From positions 46,507 through 110,506 of the forward strand of contig JAAFIR010000005.1 in assembly GCA_013297885.1 (NCBI GenBank): a stretch of 64,000 nucleotides of DNA, written 5' to 3'. The first letter of the stretch is position 1. The number at the start of each line of letters is the position of its first letter. This document shows positions 1 to 10,246 of the stretch, one piece after another. The stretch is from Leptospirales bacterium. GTDB taxonomy: Bacteria > Spirochaetota > Leptospiria > Leptospirales > Leptospiraceae. The position numbers and the translations under genes were made by a program. Below the pieces are notes generated by a model. That model was not told where the DNA came from. It saw only the letters and a program-made list of their open reading frames with translations, and made no database searches.

Positions 1-3
1 GGA

Positions 4-56
4 GTCAAAAAATTTCTAGTCACTGAAGCTCGGGCGAAGTGATGAAATTTTTTGAC
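4..56. repeat. 12-bp terminal-inverted-repeat element (GTCAAAAAATTT ... AAATTTTTTGAC) with 29-bp spacer; copy 1 of 3
   Basis: Perfect 12-bp inverted arms at 4-15 and 45-56. Adjacent flank (agttgaaagcctgacttttt) is also shared, in inverse orientation, with the copy at 43672-43745. Confidence 0.6.
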
Positions 57-138
57 TAGAGTTGAAAGCCTGACTTTTTAATTACTATCGTTTGTCAGTA
101 GTATCGACAAATGAGAGTAATTAAAAAGAAACGCCCTC

Positions 139-3100
139 TTATTCTATTTGAATTCTAATTCCTTCTGAGTTGGAACTAAACTCTGGAGCATACATTGACT
201 GAATACTTGTGATTCCATTTGAAAAATCTCCACGATGTGTAACTCGTAAAGGGTATTCAAAAACATAATCTCCTTTTGGAAGTTTGTCGATGAAGAAATG
301 ACTTGCAGTATCTCTGGTTGTTTCATAATACCCAAGTCCATCTTGCCATCTATATCCAGAAAATACATTTGTGGGCTCAAGACTTGATGCTCGCATATCT
401 TTAAGGTGGATGTATTCCATTTCACGATCTACAGAAATTTCTATTCTGATTTTTAACAAATCACCCACTTTGAGTTTTCTAGATTTTTCGATTGGAGTAA
501 TCACCGGACCAGATTTTGAATTCTCTTGAAGAAAAACTTTTTTAGTAATTTTAAGTGGAGTTTTGGATGCAGTGATTTTATCTAAGTTTTCAAAATACTG
601 CCAATACACTCCACCATAACTTGGCTTTGGTTTAAAATTGGATCTTGGGAAAATTTTAATTTGTCCAAAATCTTTTTTCATCTCAGATGCAGTATACACT
701 TTTTTAAAATATCCAGTTCCTTCTTCCACTAAAATAGATTTGTCTTTTTCAAAATCTAGTTTTTGGTTTCCAATTTCAAAATCTAATGTGCGGTCAGTAT
801 CAAGCCAATCGGAGCCACGAAGTAGAAGTGCATAAATTGCTTCAGTTGTACCTTTGGTGGTTTTCCAATCATTGGTTTGTTTATTTTTTAATAACCAAGT
901 TTTTAGTCCAACAATTGATTTTTCATCTTTAGCCACTTCGGAAAAAACTTCAATCATCATAGAAATTGTTTCAACTGGAAGTTCATACCAGTAGTATCCA
1001 AAACTTTGTTTCCAATACATTCCTAATTCTTCTGAGTTCAATGAAGTTTCTTTTAAGGATTTGATAATTGCTGGTGGAACTTTGTCTTCATCAAAATTTG
1101 CAAGTCCATGTTCTTTTAAAATTTTGATAGAATCTTTATCTAATTTTTCACCAAGTCTATGAAGTGAAATAGAAATCATTCCGAGCATAATTTTATTTCC
1201 AAGAAATGAATTCCAATACTTTGTCGACTGCCATTTGTAATAATCAAAAGCTAGTTTAGATCCAGATTGAAATTGAATTTCAGGAAAAAAACTTCTCATG
1301 TACAAATATTGAATTTGTAGATAAGAAATATGTTGGTCTTTTAATTTTAATCCATGTTCTTTTTCCATTTTTAAAAGGTAACGATAATCATCTAAAATCG
1401 CTTGGTCTAAGTAATGTACGCCGTTTGTCATCACAGAAGCAATTCCTGGTTCAATTGTTTCGAGATTCACACCTAATTTTTTTAATTTTGCAAGTCCAGT
1501 GATGATATGAGAAGTGATATAACGATCTTCTTTCATTCCACTAAACCAAGCAAATCCACCATTACTACTTTGTAATTTTTTTAGTTTTGCAAATGCAGTT
1601 TTAAATTCGCGAGACATACGAACCAAATCAAATAAAATTGCTACTTTTTTCTTTGATTCAGATTCATCTTTTGCATCTAGTAGCCAAGGTGTTTCTTCAA
1701 GTAAAACTTGTTTTAGTTCCTGATTTTTTTCTAAATTGGAAAGCAGAGTTTTGGAATCTTTATTTTTTGATTCTTCCAACCATTTGTTAAAAACTTTTTT
1801 GATTTTTGGATTTGCATTTGCAATATGGGAGCCAAGAGAGTTTGCATAAAATCTACTGAAAATTTGTTCTGCACATTCATAAGGATATTCCATTATGTAT
1901 GGAAGAGCTTGAACTGCATACCAAGCAGGATTTGATGTGTATTCCAATGTGTATGAATAATTTTCTAAAGTAGTAGATTTATTTGAGAGAAGTTTTTCCA
2001 ATTTAAAAACTTTTTCTTTATTTTCAGAATGCCAAAGTGGAAGAGTTTCAGTAACAAGCATTCTGTTTGTTAAAACTGGAACAGGAAGCTCTTCTCCATC
2101 TGTAAAATTTCCAGACTTAGCATAAACTTTGTAGGTGATTCCAGTAATAGATTTTGGGATAAACAAATTCCATTCTACAACAGAGCTTTGTTCTTTTTTT
2201 GTTTCAAATTCTTTGAACTCTTCGTCTTTTAAAATTTGGCTTGTGATTTCTTTTCCACTTGCTAAATCATAAAATTCAATTTTTGCTTTTCCTTTTAAAT
2301 CTTTATCTGAGAGATTATTTATTTTGGTTGTAAAAATAATTTTATCATCTTCTCTAAAAAATCTTGGAGAGTTTGGAACTACCATTAAATCTTTTTTAGT
2401 AATTACTTCTTTTTGGCTAAAACCAAGTTTTAAATCTTTGGTATGAGCCATTACCATAAATTTCCATTTGGTAAGTGCATCTGGCATTTTAAAACTAATA
2501 GTAACTACACCTTCTTTATCTGAAACTAAATGTGGATAAAAAAATACAGTTTCTCTAAAATCAGATCTGGCTTTAATTCCTGAAACTTCTCCAGAGGCTG
2601 AATCAGTTGTAGATTGTTCTTTTGCATTTGATTCTTCTTTTTCAACTCCACCAGAACCATTTATTGCAACCCGAGCAGATTTCTTTTTTGGTGATTCAAC
2701 TGGTTTTGCTTTATAATCCAAATCCATATAACCAGCAGGGGCTGAAGGTGCAGGCATATCTCTAGACATTGTTGATTCTGCGACAACCATATCATCTAAA
2801 TGATAATTTCCGCCACCGTTTTTATATCTTCTTGAAGCTCTAGTTTGGTAAGGATAATATCCTCTGAAGTTGTACAAATATACTCCAAACCAATTGAGTT
2901 GGTCATAAGCTCTTGAACTCACTGCATAATAGGAATCATTTAAACCATAATGAAAAGTTTGTAAATTTTGATTTAAAAAATCAATTGAATTTCTAAAAAA
3001 ACGATTTGAATATTTATTTTGGTAAATAGATAAATTCCAAAAATTTTCTTTAAACGAATTTAAAGAAGCATCGTAAAGTGTAGCTAAAATTTCTGAGCTA

Positions 3101-6100
3101 ACTTTTTCAGAATTTTTTCCAGAAATTTTTAATTTCCAAATTTCTTCAGTTCCAATTTCTAAATTTTCTCTAAAAGTTTCATATTCAATTTTTAAATCTT
3201 TATTGGAATAAGGAACATTTATTGTTTCTGCACCAAATTTTGTGTGATTATCATTTACATAAAAATAAGTAATTGAAAATCCACCACGATGCTCTTCTTC
3301 CACATCAAATTCAATACTTGTTTGGGAATTAGTAAGTCTAATCCAATCTTTTCTATAAGTTTTTTCGTTATTAGAAATTTCATAATACAAATATAAATTT
3401 TCTGAACTTCCTAAAACCAATTTCATTTTTTCATTTGGTTCTAGAATTGGTTTTACATTTACTAAATTCAAATAGTTTGGAACAGGAATTTGTTTTTTTT
3501 CATCATCAGAAAATACTGTAAAGTAGTGGATGTTTTTTACTTCAGTTCCAATTTTATCAAATGTTTTAATTTCTAAAACATATTTTCCCATTTTCCAATT
3601 TTTTAAATTTTGAATAGTGAGTTTTTTTTCTTTTTCAGTGTTAAACGGTAAATTTACAACTTCAGATTCTTTTTCCCAATTTTGATATTCATTTTCGTCT
3701 TTATAAATTTCATTTGGAAAGTATTCATGAAATTCTTTTTCTGAATAAATAAATGTATCTGGTTTATCCCAAACTCTTGGTTTTAAAGCTTTGTTGTAGG
3801 GTTTTAATTTGTGAATTGTGATATATCCGATAGATGGTTCAAACACTCCATTTAAGTTTTCTGTGACAATCGGAAATTCATTTTTATCTTCATGATTTAC
3901 TTTTTCAGGAACATCTACTCGAACACGTAACAACGAGTAACCAATGTTTACCAATTTTGAAGAAGTTCTAGTTTCCCCATTTGAATCAGTTACATCCGCT
4001 TGGATTTTATAAGTAAAATAAACAGAAGGATCTTTTTCAACAGTGGAATCTGGAATTGCTTCAAACTCAATTTCAAATTTTCCTTGATCGTCTGTTTTTA
4101 ATTCCCCATTTTTAATTTCCATACTAGATTGGCTAAAATTGTATGATCTGAAGTAATGCCACCACCAAGGAAAATTAGCTGTTCTCATTACCCGATAAGA
4201 AATTTTTGCGTTATCGATATTTGCACCTGTAAATGCTTTTGCAAATCCACTTAACTTCACTTTGTCGCCCGGTTTATAAGTTCCTTTGATATCATCAAAC
4301 TTTACTTCAAATTTTGGTCTTTTGTACTCTTCCACAGTGACCTCAGTATGAGAACCGTAATTTGTTCTAATACTCATTCTACCGTTTAGCACACCAATTG
4401 GAGCTGTAAAACTTCCTGAAAAAGTTCCAAATTCATTTGTAGTTTTTTTATCTGTTGCTATTAGTTGAGAATTTACATCGTAAAAATAAACTTCAATTGG
4501 AGTATTTGGTTTGATTTCTGATTTATCATTTCTTTGCTCAATTAAAATTCCTTTGTAATATATTGGTTGAGATGGTCTATAAATTGCTCTATCCAAAAAA
4601 ATTGTGTCTCTAGTAAATAAATTTTCATATTGTCTATATTTACTTGAATACACATTAAAAATATCTTCTTGGTATGGATTGTTGTATTCATCAATTGATT
4701 TTAATTCATCTTCTTTAAAATTTATATTAAGTTTGTATTGTTTAGATTGATTTTCATTTGTTGGTAATTTAAAATATCCATTTTTATCTGTGTAAATTAA
4801 TTTTTCTTTTTCAGAAATATATTTATTTTTGGAATTATCATAGTAATAATGATAAGGAATGATTTCAGCTTTTTCTAATGGTTGCCCTGTGCTTCTATTT
4901 AAAACAAAACCTTCAAATTCTCCGTTTTTATTTTGGGTGTCCACAAGAGAAAGATTTGTAACTTGAATAAATGAATGTGCTAAAATATTTTTGTTTTGGT
5001 TAAACTCATCATTTAAACTAAATAAAACCAGATAATCTCCTTTTGGTAATTCTGGAATTTTAATTTCAGTTTTATGAAGTAAATAATCTTTTTTATCAAG
5101 GACTTCATATTTTTCAGTTAAAAATTCTTTTTTATCTTTAAAATATTTATATATCACTTCATGATAATTTGGATAATAATTTTGTTTTTTAAATAAAGCT
5201 TGAAATTCTTTTTTTACTTCTGAAATAATTTCTTTATTCACTTTATAAATTTTAAGATTTGTTTCAGAAATATTTTTAAAACCAAGCAAAGCTTTAATTG
5301 GTTTGTTTGGAATATGATTTTTTTCAACTTGAACTGAAATTGCTTTTTGTAAAATTCTATTTTTTAAATTTAAACAATTATTTGCACCAATAGATTTTGG
5401 AAATCTTTCAATTGCATCTTCACAAATTTGAAAAGCTTGTTTTGCAAAAACTCCATCTTTTGGATTTTTTGTTTGGTAAAATTTTTCAGATTTATTGAAT
5501 AGATGACTTGCTAAAACAAAACTAACTTCAGTTGAAAATTCATCTTTTCTATTTCTTCTCTCTAGTCTTTCTAATGCTTCAATATAAATCTCATCTTTAT
5601 TTTCTAAATTGGAGTGATTAAATACAAATCCAAATCTTTTTAATTCAATATCTTGTAAAATTTCTTTTCTAGAAATATTTTCTTTTGAAAAATCTTGAAA
5701 TAATTTTAAGGCATAAAATTTATAAGCAACTGGGTCTTGGTTTTTTAAATCTAATTTTATAAAATCTCTTGAAAGTGAAAAATATTCTTCTTTGTTTAAT
5801 AAAAAAGTATCAGCTGGCTTTATGAGAGAATGGTCATTAGTGGAAAAATAATTTATAGCTCTGTCCATCAAAAAATGATATAATGTGGGTCTTAAATATC
5901 TTCCATTTGGAACAGGTGAGCCTTTGTAATTTAAAATTTCTTCTATTTGAGTAAGTTCTATTTTTTTTGTTTCTTCCAAATTTTCTGTGGATTTGATATA
6001 ATATTCAACTGTGGCTTCAATTAATTTTTTTGCATCATATGAAGCTAATTTTTCTGGTTTAAAATCTTTTGTTTCAGTTCTTTGATTAATTGTATACGCG

Positions 6101-6471
6101 TTATTTTGATAATATTGACTAAACACTTCACCAAGGATGGAATATAAAATTTGTTTCGTGACAGGTTTAGAAATTTTAATTTCTTTTTGAATTTCTAAAA
6201 TTGCTTTTTCAAATGCTTCTTCATCAATTTGACCAATGTATTTTAATTTATGCAAAACACATTTTATTATTTGGGAATGATTTTCTTCTGACTTAGCTTT
6301 TACGTAAATTTCAGAAACTTTTGAAAACGCAGATTTTGGTAAACCTTTCTGTTCATCTTGTTCAACTTGTTTCCATTCAACTTCAAATGATTTCATTTTT
6401 TTCTTTGAATCCTGTGGAACTAAAAATGAACTAAAAACTAAAAAAGCAAGAAATAAATATTGTAATTTCAT
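139..6471 (-). CDS. alpha-2-macroglobulin family protein (2110 aa), secreted
   Basis: N-terminal signal peptide MKLQYLFLAFLVFSSFLV. Very large multi-domain beta-rich protein. Thioester-like CxEQ site (YECAEQ). Overall bacterial A2M/YfhM-like architecture. Confidence 0.8.
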   Translation of the reverse strand: MKLQYLFLAFLVFSSFLVPQDSKKKMKSFEVEWKQVEQDEQKGLPKSAFSKVSEIYVKAKSEENHSQIIKCVLHKLKYIGQIDEEAFEKAILEIQKEIKISKPVTKQILYSILGEVFSQYYQNNAYTINQRTETKDFKPEKLASYDAKKLIEATVEYYIKSTENLEETKKIELTQIEEILNYKGSPVPNGRYLRPTLYHFLMDRAINYFSTNDHSLIKPADTFLLNKEEYFSLSRDFIKLDLKNQDPVAYKFYALKLFQDFSKENISRKEILQDIELKRFGFVFNHSNLENKDEIYIEALERLERRNRKDEFSTEVSFVLASHLFNKSEKFYQTKNPKDGVFAKQAFQICEDAIERFPKSIGANNCLNLKNRILQKAISVQVEKNHIPNKPIKALLGFKNISETNLKIYKVNKEIISEVKKEFQALFKKQNYYPNYHEVIYKYFKDKKEFLTEKYEVLDKKDYLLHKTEIKIPELPKGDYLVLFSLNDEFNQNKNILAHSFIQVTNLSLVDTQNKNGEFEGFVLNRSTGQPLEKAEIIPYHYYYDNSKNKYISEKEKLIYTDKNGYFKLPTNENQSKQYKLNINFKEDELKSIDEYNNPYQEDIFNVYSSKYRQYENLFTRDTIFLDRAIYRPSQPIYYKGILIEQRNDKSEIKPNTPIEVYFYDVNSQLIATDKKTTNEFGTFSGSFTAPIGVLNGRMSIRTNYGSHTEVTVEEYKRPKFEVKFDDIKGTYKPGDKVKLSGFAKAFTGANIDNAKISYRVMRTANFPWWWHYFRSYNFSQSSMEIKNGELKTDDQGKFEIEFEAIPDSTVEKDPSVYFTYKIQADVTDSNGETRTSSKLVNIGYSLLRVRVDVPEKVNHEDKNEFPIVTENLNGVFEPSIGYITIHKLKPYNKALKPRVWDKPDTFIYSEKEFHEYFPNEIYKDENEYQNWEKESEVVNLPFNTEKEKKLTIQNLKNWKMGKYVLEIKTFDKIGTEVKNIHYFTVFSDDEKKQIPVPNYLNLVNVKPILEPNEKMKLVLGSSENLYLYYEISNNEKTYRKDWIRLTNSQTSIEFDVEEEHRGGFSITYFYVNDNHTKFGAETINVPYSNKDLKIEYETFRENLEIGTEEIWKLKISGKNSEKVSSEILATLYDASLNSFKENFWNLSIYQNKYSNRFFRNSIDFLNQNLQTFHYGLNDSYYAVSSRAYDQLNWFGVYLYNFRGYYPYQTRASRRYKNGGGNYHLDDMVVAESTMSRDMPAPSAPAGYMDLDYKAKPVESPKKKSARVAINGSGGVEKEESNAKEQSTTDSASGEVSGIKARSDFRETVFFYPHLVSDKEGVVTISFKMPDALTKWKFMVMAHTKDLKLGFSQKEVITKKDLMVVPNSPRFFREDDKIIFTTKINNLSDKDLKGKAKIEFYDLASGKEITSQILKDEEFKEFETKKEQSSVVEWNLFIPKSITGITYKVYAKSGNFTDGEELPVPVLTNRMLVTETLPLWHSENKEKVFKLEKLLSNKSTTLENYSYTLEYTSNPAWYAVQALPYIMEYPYECAEQIFSRFYANSLGSHIANANPKIKKVFNKWLEESKNKDSKTLLSNLEKNQELKQVLLEETPWLLDAKDESESKKKVAILFDLVRMSREFKTAFAKLKKLQSSNGGFAWFSGMKEDRYITSHIITGLAKLKKLGVNLETIEPGIASVMTNGVHYLDQAILDDYRYLLKMEKEHGLKLKDQHISYLQIQYLYMRSFFPEIQFQSGSKLAFDYYKWQSTKYWNSFLGNKIMLGMISISLHRLGEKLDKDSIKILKEHGLANFDEDKVPPAIIKSLKETSLNSEELGMYWKQSFGYYWYELPVETISMMIEVFSEVAKDEKSIVGLKTWLLKNKQTNDWKTTKGTTEAIYALLLRGSDWLDTDRTLDFEIGNQKLDFEKDKSILVEEGTGYFKKVYTASEMKKDFGQIKIFPRSNFKPKPSYGGVYWQYFENLDKITASKTPLKITKKVFLQENSKSGPVITPIEKSRKLKVGDLLKIRIEISVDREMEYIHLKDMRASSLEPTNVFSGYRWQDGLGYYETTRDTASHFFIDKLPKGDYVFEYPLRVTHRGDFSNGITSIQSMYAPEFSSNSEGIRIQIE

Positions 6472-6991
6472 AGAGCATTTATTTATTTCAGAAAAAGAAC
6501 TGTCAATCTTTTATTAATTCAGAATCAAATTGAATAATGATTCATTAGAATCTTCTTTTTTGAAAGGAAACTTTTTAGTTACTTTCACTCGCTTGGATAT
6601 GTTCAGAAATATTTTTTTTGTATGATGCAAGTCAACAGATTCTCTTATCAAATCTTTTTTCAAAATGATTACAATAAATTAAAAAAAAAATATAGCAAAT
6701 AATAGAAAAATAAATTTCATAAAAATGTAGTATTTTTGATTTGAATCATCCTATTTAATAATTCTTTTGATGTTTCTCTTTGCAAATTACTCAAATATAG
6801 AATCATAGCCTGACAAAAAAGTTTTTCCTAGGAAAAATTTAAAAATTTTCCTTTTTCAATAAAAAACTTTTTTGTCTGGATTTTAACATGGTGTGATGTT
6901 TTTTTAAAAATAGAATTTTTATCAAAACTAATATTTTTAGTAAAACCTTTTTATAATTTAAAATGCTATTTTAAAAAAAAAGAAAAAATTG

Positions 6992-7020
6992 TTGACAAAA
7001 TTATTAAATCAAGCAATTCT
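6992..7020 (+). promoter_or_regulatory. putative sigma70-like promoter (TTGACA, 17-bp spacer, weak -10 AATTCT) giving a near-leaderless transcript for 7027 ORF
   Basis: TTGACA at 6992-6997. ATG at 7027 lies about 6 nt after the candidate -10. The -10 is a weak match. Confidence 0.25.
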
Positions 7021-7026
7021 TTTAGA

Positions 7027-7275
7027 ATGACTGCACTTGAAGTAATTGAAACTAAAGTTCCTGAACTTTCTAGAATAGAATTAATTGTTCTATTAGAAAC
7101 TGTTGTTCACAATCTTAAAGTTCATAATTTTGCACTTGAGGAAGATTTAAAATCAAAATCTGAACTTGAAAATAAAGAAAAAGAATTAAAAAACTATAAA
7201 ATTCCTTTTAAAATTTATGATTATAAAGTTACTTATAAAAGTGATTTTTCTAGAGAAGAAATTTATTCCGAATAA
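7027..7275 (+). CDS. small acidic protein, putative antitoxin partner of downstream PIN toxin
   Basis: 82-aa ORF ending 10 bp before the PIN-domain gene, in the same orientation. No recognisable RHH/AbrB/Phd motif, so the call rests on context only. Confidence 0.35.
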   Translation: MTALEVIETKVPELSRIELIVLLETVVHNLKVHNFALEEDLKSKSELENKEKELKNYKIPFKIYDYKVTYKSDFSREEIYSE

Positions 7276-7285
7276 AGAGCAATAG

Positions 7286-7726
7286 TTGGACCTGCCAAAA
7301 AAATCCACAATATTTTTAGATACAAATATTCTAATTTATCTCAAATTTTCAAATCTACCATTTCATGAAGAAACTGCTTCTGTATTTTCAAAACTAATGG
7401 ATTATGAAAATAAATTTTGTATTTCAACTCAAGTGCTACGTGAATACATTTTCAGTTGTACTAGAGAAAATTTCCATTTAAACTATGAAGATGTTTTTTC
7501 TGATTGTAATGATTTTACAAATTATTTTGAACTATTTGAAGATTCAAAAGAAATTTCAAAAACTCTTTTTGAGATTTGCAAAAAATTTAAAGTTAAAGGA
7601 AAACAAGTTCATGATGCAAATATTCTTGCAACGATGAAATCAAATGAAGTTCAATACATTTTAACAGCAAATATGAATGATTTTAAAAGATTTTCTGAAG
7701 AAATAGAAATTCTACCTGTTAATTAA
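7286..7726 (+). CDS. vapC: PIN-domain ribonuclease, VapC-like toxin
   Basis: TTG start immediately after an in-frame stop. N-terminal IFLDTNILIY (PIN Asp1), plus conserved acidic residues (TQVLREY, VHDANILA, NDF). 146 aa, the typical VapC size. Confidence 0.6.
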   Translation: MDLPKKSTIFLDTNILIYLKFSNLPFHEETASVFSKLMDYENKFCISTQVLREYIFSCTRENFHLNYEDVFSDCNDFTNYFELFEDSKEISKTLFEICKKFKVKGKQVHDANILATMKSNEVQYILTANMNDFKRFSEEIEILPVN

Positions 7727-7794
7727 AAAACAAAATGAAAAGAAAAAATCACTTGATTTGAATTTAAAAAAATCTAAGTTAAAAATTTTTTTAT

Positions 7795-8286
7795 TCACTC
7801 ACAATTAATTTTTTTTTGGATAATAGATTCTTTCTCGGTGATTAATATACTTATATAACAAATAGGCTTCAAATCGCAATCTTTCATATTATGAAGATTT
7901 CCACAAACTTCATAATCAATTTGATTGGGGCTTAAATACATATTTGTATGAATCGCGAGTACGCCGTCAGAAAAAATTACATCAAATTCTACTTGATTAC
8001 CTCTCCAAAAAATAGACTTTAATTTATTCCTAGCATTTTCGCTTTCAAAGTTTTTTCCATTAATGTAAAATGCGTTTACATTATCAATGTATTCAATATA
8101 TTTCTTGTGAGGATTGATATAAAAATAACCTGTATACCAACAAGGAATAGAAATATTTTTTTTGTAAGACCCAAGTCCACAATTACTCTTTTCAAATCTT
8201 TGTTCAATTTGATTACAGTAAAGTATAAAATACATCGCTAAGAATTGAAAAATATATTTCAAATGAGTTAGTATATAAAGTATCAA
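7795..8286 (-). CDS. hypothetical Cys-rich protein (163 aa)
   Basis: ORF overlapping the upstream GNAT gene by 4 bp (same strand). About 9 Cys. No recognisable family. Confidence 0.3.
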   Translation of the reverse strand: MILYILTHLKYIFQFLAMYFILYCNQIEQRFEKSNCGLGSYKKNISIPCWYTGYFYINPHKKYIEYIDNVNAFYINGKNFESENARNKLKSIFWRGNQVEFDVIFSDGVLAIHTNMYLSPNQIDYEVCGNLHNMKDCDLKPICYISILITEKESIIQKKINCE

Positions 8287-8822
8287 ACTATTCTTTTTCC
8301 CATCAAAATATCTGGTTTGTTTTTTCCATTTGCATCAGGAACTACACCAATAATTTTATAACCATTTTTCTTATAAAATTCAAAAGGATGATGATTTAAA
8401 TTTTTAATATTTTGGATTTCTAAAAATAAATCTGAACTATAAAGATCAATTTTAGACAAAGAAGTTTTTCCAAATTCATCATCAGTGCCTAGAATTAAAT
8501 TTGGAATTTTATTTTCTTTTGCAATTTTTTCAATTTCCAAAAGAAGTTTTGTTCCAATTCCTTGATTTTGAAATTTTGGTTTAATCATCAAAGGATGAAT
8601 TTCGTAAGTAAATTCATACATTTCTCTTAGTCCAATAAATCCAGCAAGTTCCTCATTAACTAAAAATCCAACTAAGGCAAATTTATCTAAACATTCTTTA
8701 ATTTCAGTTTTACATAATTCAATTGTATTCCATGAATAAGTTATTGAAGTGGAAGCTTCGAACAAAACCTCAACCATTTCTTTAAAATATTTTTCTTCTT
8801 CCAAAATTAAATTCATAAACAT
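8283..8822 (-). CDS. GNAT family N-acetyltransferase, AAC(6')-I-like
   Basis: The segment LAGFIG...HPLMI...QNQGIGTKLL...LGTDDEFGKTSLS..DLY...IQNIKNLNHHPFEFYKKNGYKIIGVVPDANGKNKPDILMGKRI closely parallels my recollection of the chromosomal AAC(6')-Ii C-terminal half ([34 protein letters not shown]). Needs a database check. Confidence 0.6.
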   Translation of the reverse strand: MFMNLILEEEKYFKEMVEVLFEASTSITYSWNTIELCKTEIKECLDKFALVGFLVNEELAGFIGLREMYEFTYEIHPLMIKPKFQNQGIGTKLLLEIEKIAKENKIPNLILGTDDEFGKTSLSKIDLYSSDLFLEIQNIKNLNHHPFEFYKKNGYKIIGVVPDANGKNKPDILMGKRIV

Positions 8823-8897
8823 TTTTTTATTTAAAAAATAATTTTACTTCATGTCAAATCAGAAATAAAATTTCAGAATTAAAATTAATTTTTCAAG

Positions 8898-9006
8898 ACT
8901 AGCGATAGTGATTGAAGCGGAAATCCTTTTTGGAACAAAAAGATTGAAGCGAAAAGCACGGTCATCGCGAAGCGATGAATCGCCCTGCTATAAGCTCAGG
9001 GATCCC
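8898..9006. repeat. GC-rich mosaic intergenic repeat, family 1 copy A (core gattgaagcggaaatcctttt ... aaaagattgaagcgaaaagcacggtc)
   Basis: Shares 20-30-nt modules with copies at 55657-55760 and 62746-62822 and, inverted, at 51196-51290. GC content is far above local background. Confidence 0.65.
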
Positions 9007-9105
9007 AAAAAAAACAATTCAGTTAATATTTATAATTTAAGCTTCACAAAGTGATTGATTCATTATGAAATACACATAATATGACTTTCACATAAGGGAA
9101 ATTAA

Positions 9106-10200
9106 ATGAGTTTAAACTGTGGTATTGTGGGTTTACCAAATGTAGGTAAATCAACAATCTTTAATGCACTAACTAAAGCAGGTGCACAAATTGCAAATTA
9201 TCCATTCTGCACAATTGAGCCAAATAAAGGTATTGTAGAAGTTCCAGACCCAAGACTATATCGCCTCGCTGAAATTTATAAACCAAAAAAAATCATTCCA
9301 ACATTTACAGAGTTTGTGGACATCGCAGGTCTTGTAAAAGGTGCGTCAAGTGGGGAAGGTCTTGGAAATAAATTTTTATCTCATATTAGAGAAGTGCAAG
9401 CAATTTGTCATGTGGTTCGAGCTTTTGACGATTCAAATATCACTCATGTTCACGGTAAAGTTGATCCAATTGACGATGTATCTGTTGTAAATTTAGAATT
9501 AATTTTTTCTGATCTCGAAAGTTTAGAAAAACAAATTCCTCGTGTGCAAAAATTAGCAAAGAACAATAAAGAAGCAGCAATTGAACTGGAAGTAATGGAA
9601 AAAGTTTTGGAAACCCTAAAGTCTGGAAAATCTGCAAGAGCAACCGAGTTAAATCCTGAACAAATAAAACTAGCTGAAAAACTTCATTTAATAACATTTA
9701 AACCTGTATTGTATTGTGCTAATATACTTGAGTCAGATATTAAATCCAAATCAAATCCATACTTAGATAAAATTTATAAATTAGCAAAAGATGAAAATTC
9801 AGAAGTTGTTGTGCTTTGCGGAAAAGTGGAAGAAGAAATTTCAGGATTAGATAAAGAAGAACAAATTGAATTTTTAAAAGACTTAGGTGAAACAGAATCT
9901 GGACTTAATCGAATGATTAAATCTTCTTATAAACTTTTAGACTTGATTACTTTTTTAACTGCAGGTGAAGAAGAAGTGCGAGCTTGGACTACTTTTGCTG
10001 GAAGCACAGGACCAAAAGCAGCAGCAGTGATTCATTCTGATTTTGAAAAAGCATATATTAGAGCTGAAGTTATGACTTTTGATGATATTGATAGACTTGG
10101 TAGCCAAAACAAAGTGAAAGAAGAAGGCAAACTAAGAATTGAAGGAAAAGATTATATCGTGAAAGATGGAGATGTTGTTTATTTCCGAGTAAATGCTTAA
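9106..10200 (+). CDS. ychF: ribosome-binding ATPase YchF (Obg-family GTPase)
   Basis: G1 motif GLPNVGKST, DxxG, NxxD, and a C-terminal TGS domain. RBS AAGGGA upstream. Confidence 0.92.
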   Translation: MSLNCGIVGLPNVGKSTIFNALTKAGAQIANYPFCTIEPNKGIVEVPDPRLYRLAEIYKPKKIIPTFTEFVDIAGLVKGASSGEGLGNKFLSHIREVQAICHVVRAFDDSNITHVHGKVDPIDDVSVVNLELIFSDLESLEKQIPRVQKLAKNNKEAAIELEVMEKVLETLKSGKSARATELNPEQIKLAEKLHLITFKPVLYCANILESDIKSKSNPYLDKIYKLAKDENSEVVVLCGKVEEEISGLDKEEQIEFLKDLGETESGLNRMIKSSYKLLDLITFLTAGEEEVRAWTTFAGSTGPKAAAVIHSDFEKAYIRAEVMTFDDIDRLGSQNKVKEEGKLRIEGKDYIVKDGDVVYFRVNA

Positions 10201-10246
10201 ATAAAAAAAATAGAATTTAAGCTAGTTAAAAAAAGAGGATAAAAAT

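Noticed and set aside
144-425. Nested or antisense small ORFs from the six-frame track, e.g. 144-425, 638-835, 9440-9697, 13629-13814, 14333-14945, 15653-15844, 16853-17074, 23255-24058, 27837-28751, 32135-32404, 33462-34400, 35760-36008, 40799-41083, 41924-43378, 47121-47776, 48958-50797, 54462-54665, 56034-57148 and 57927-58924.
   Set aside because: Each lies wholly inside a longer ORF with clear homology or domain content on the opposite strand or another frame. Their compositions are low-complexity (poly-Lys, Phe or Ile) as expected for AT-rich antisense frames. No independent support.
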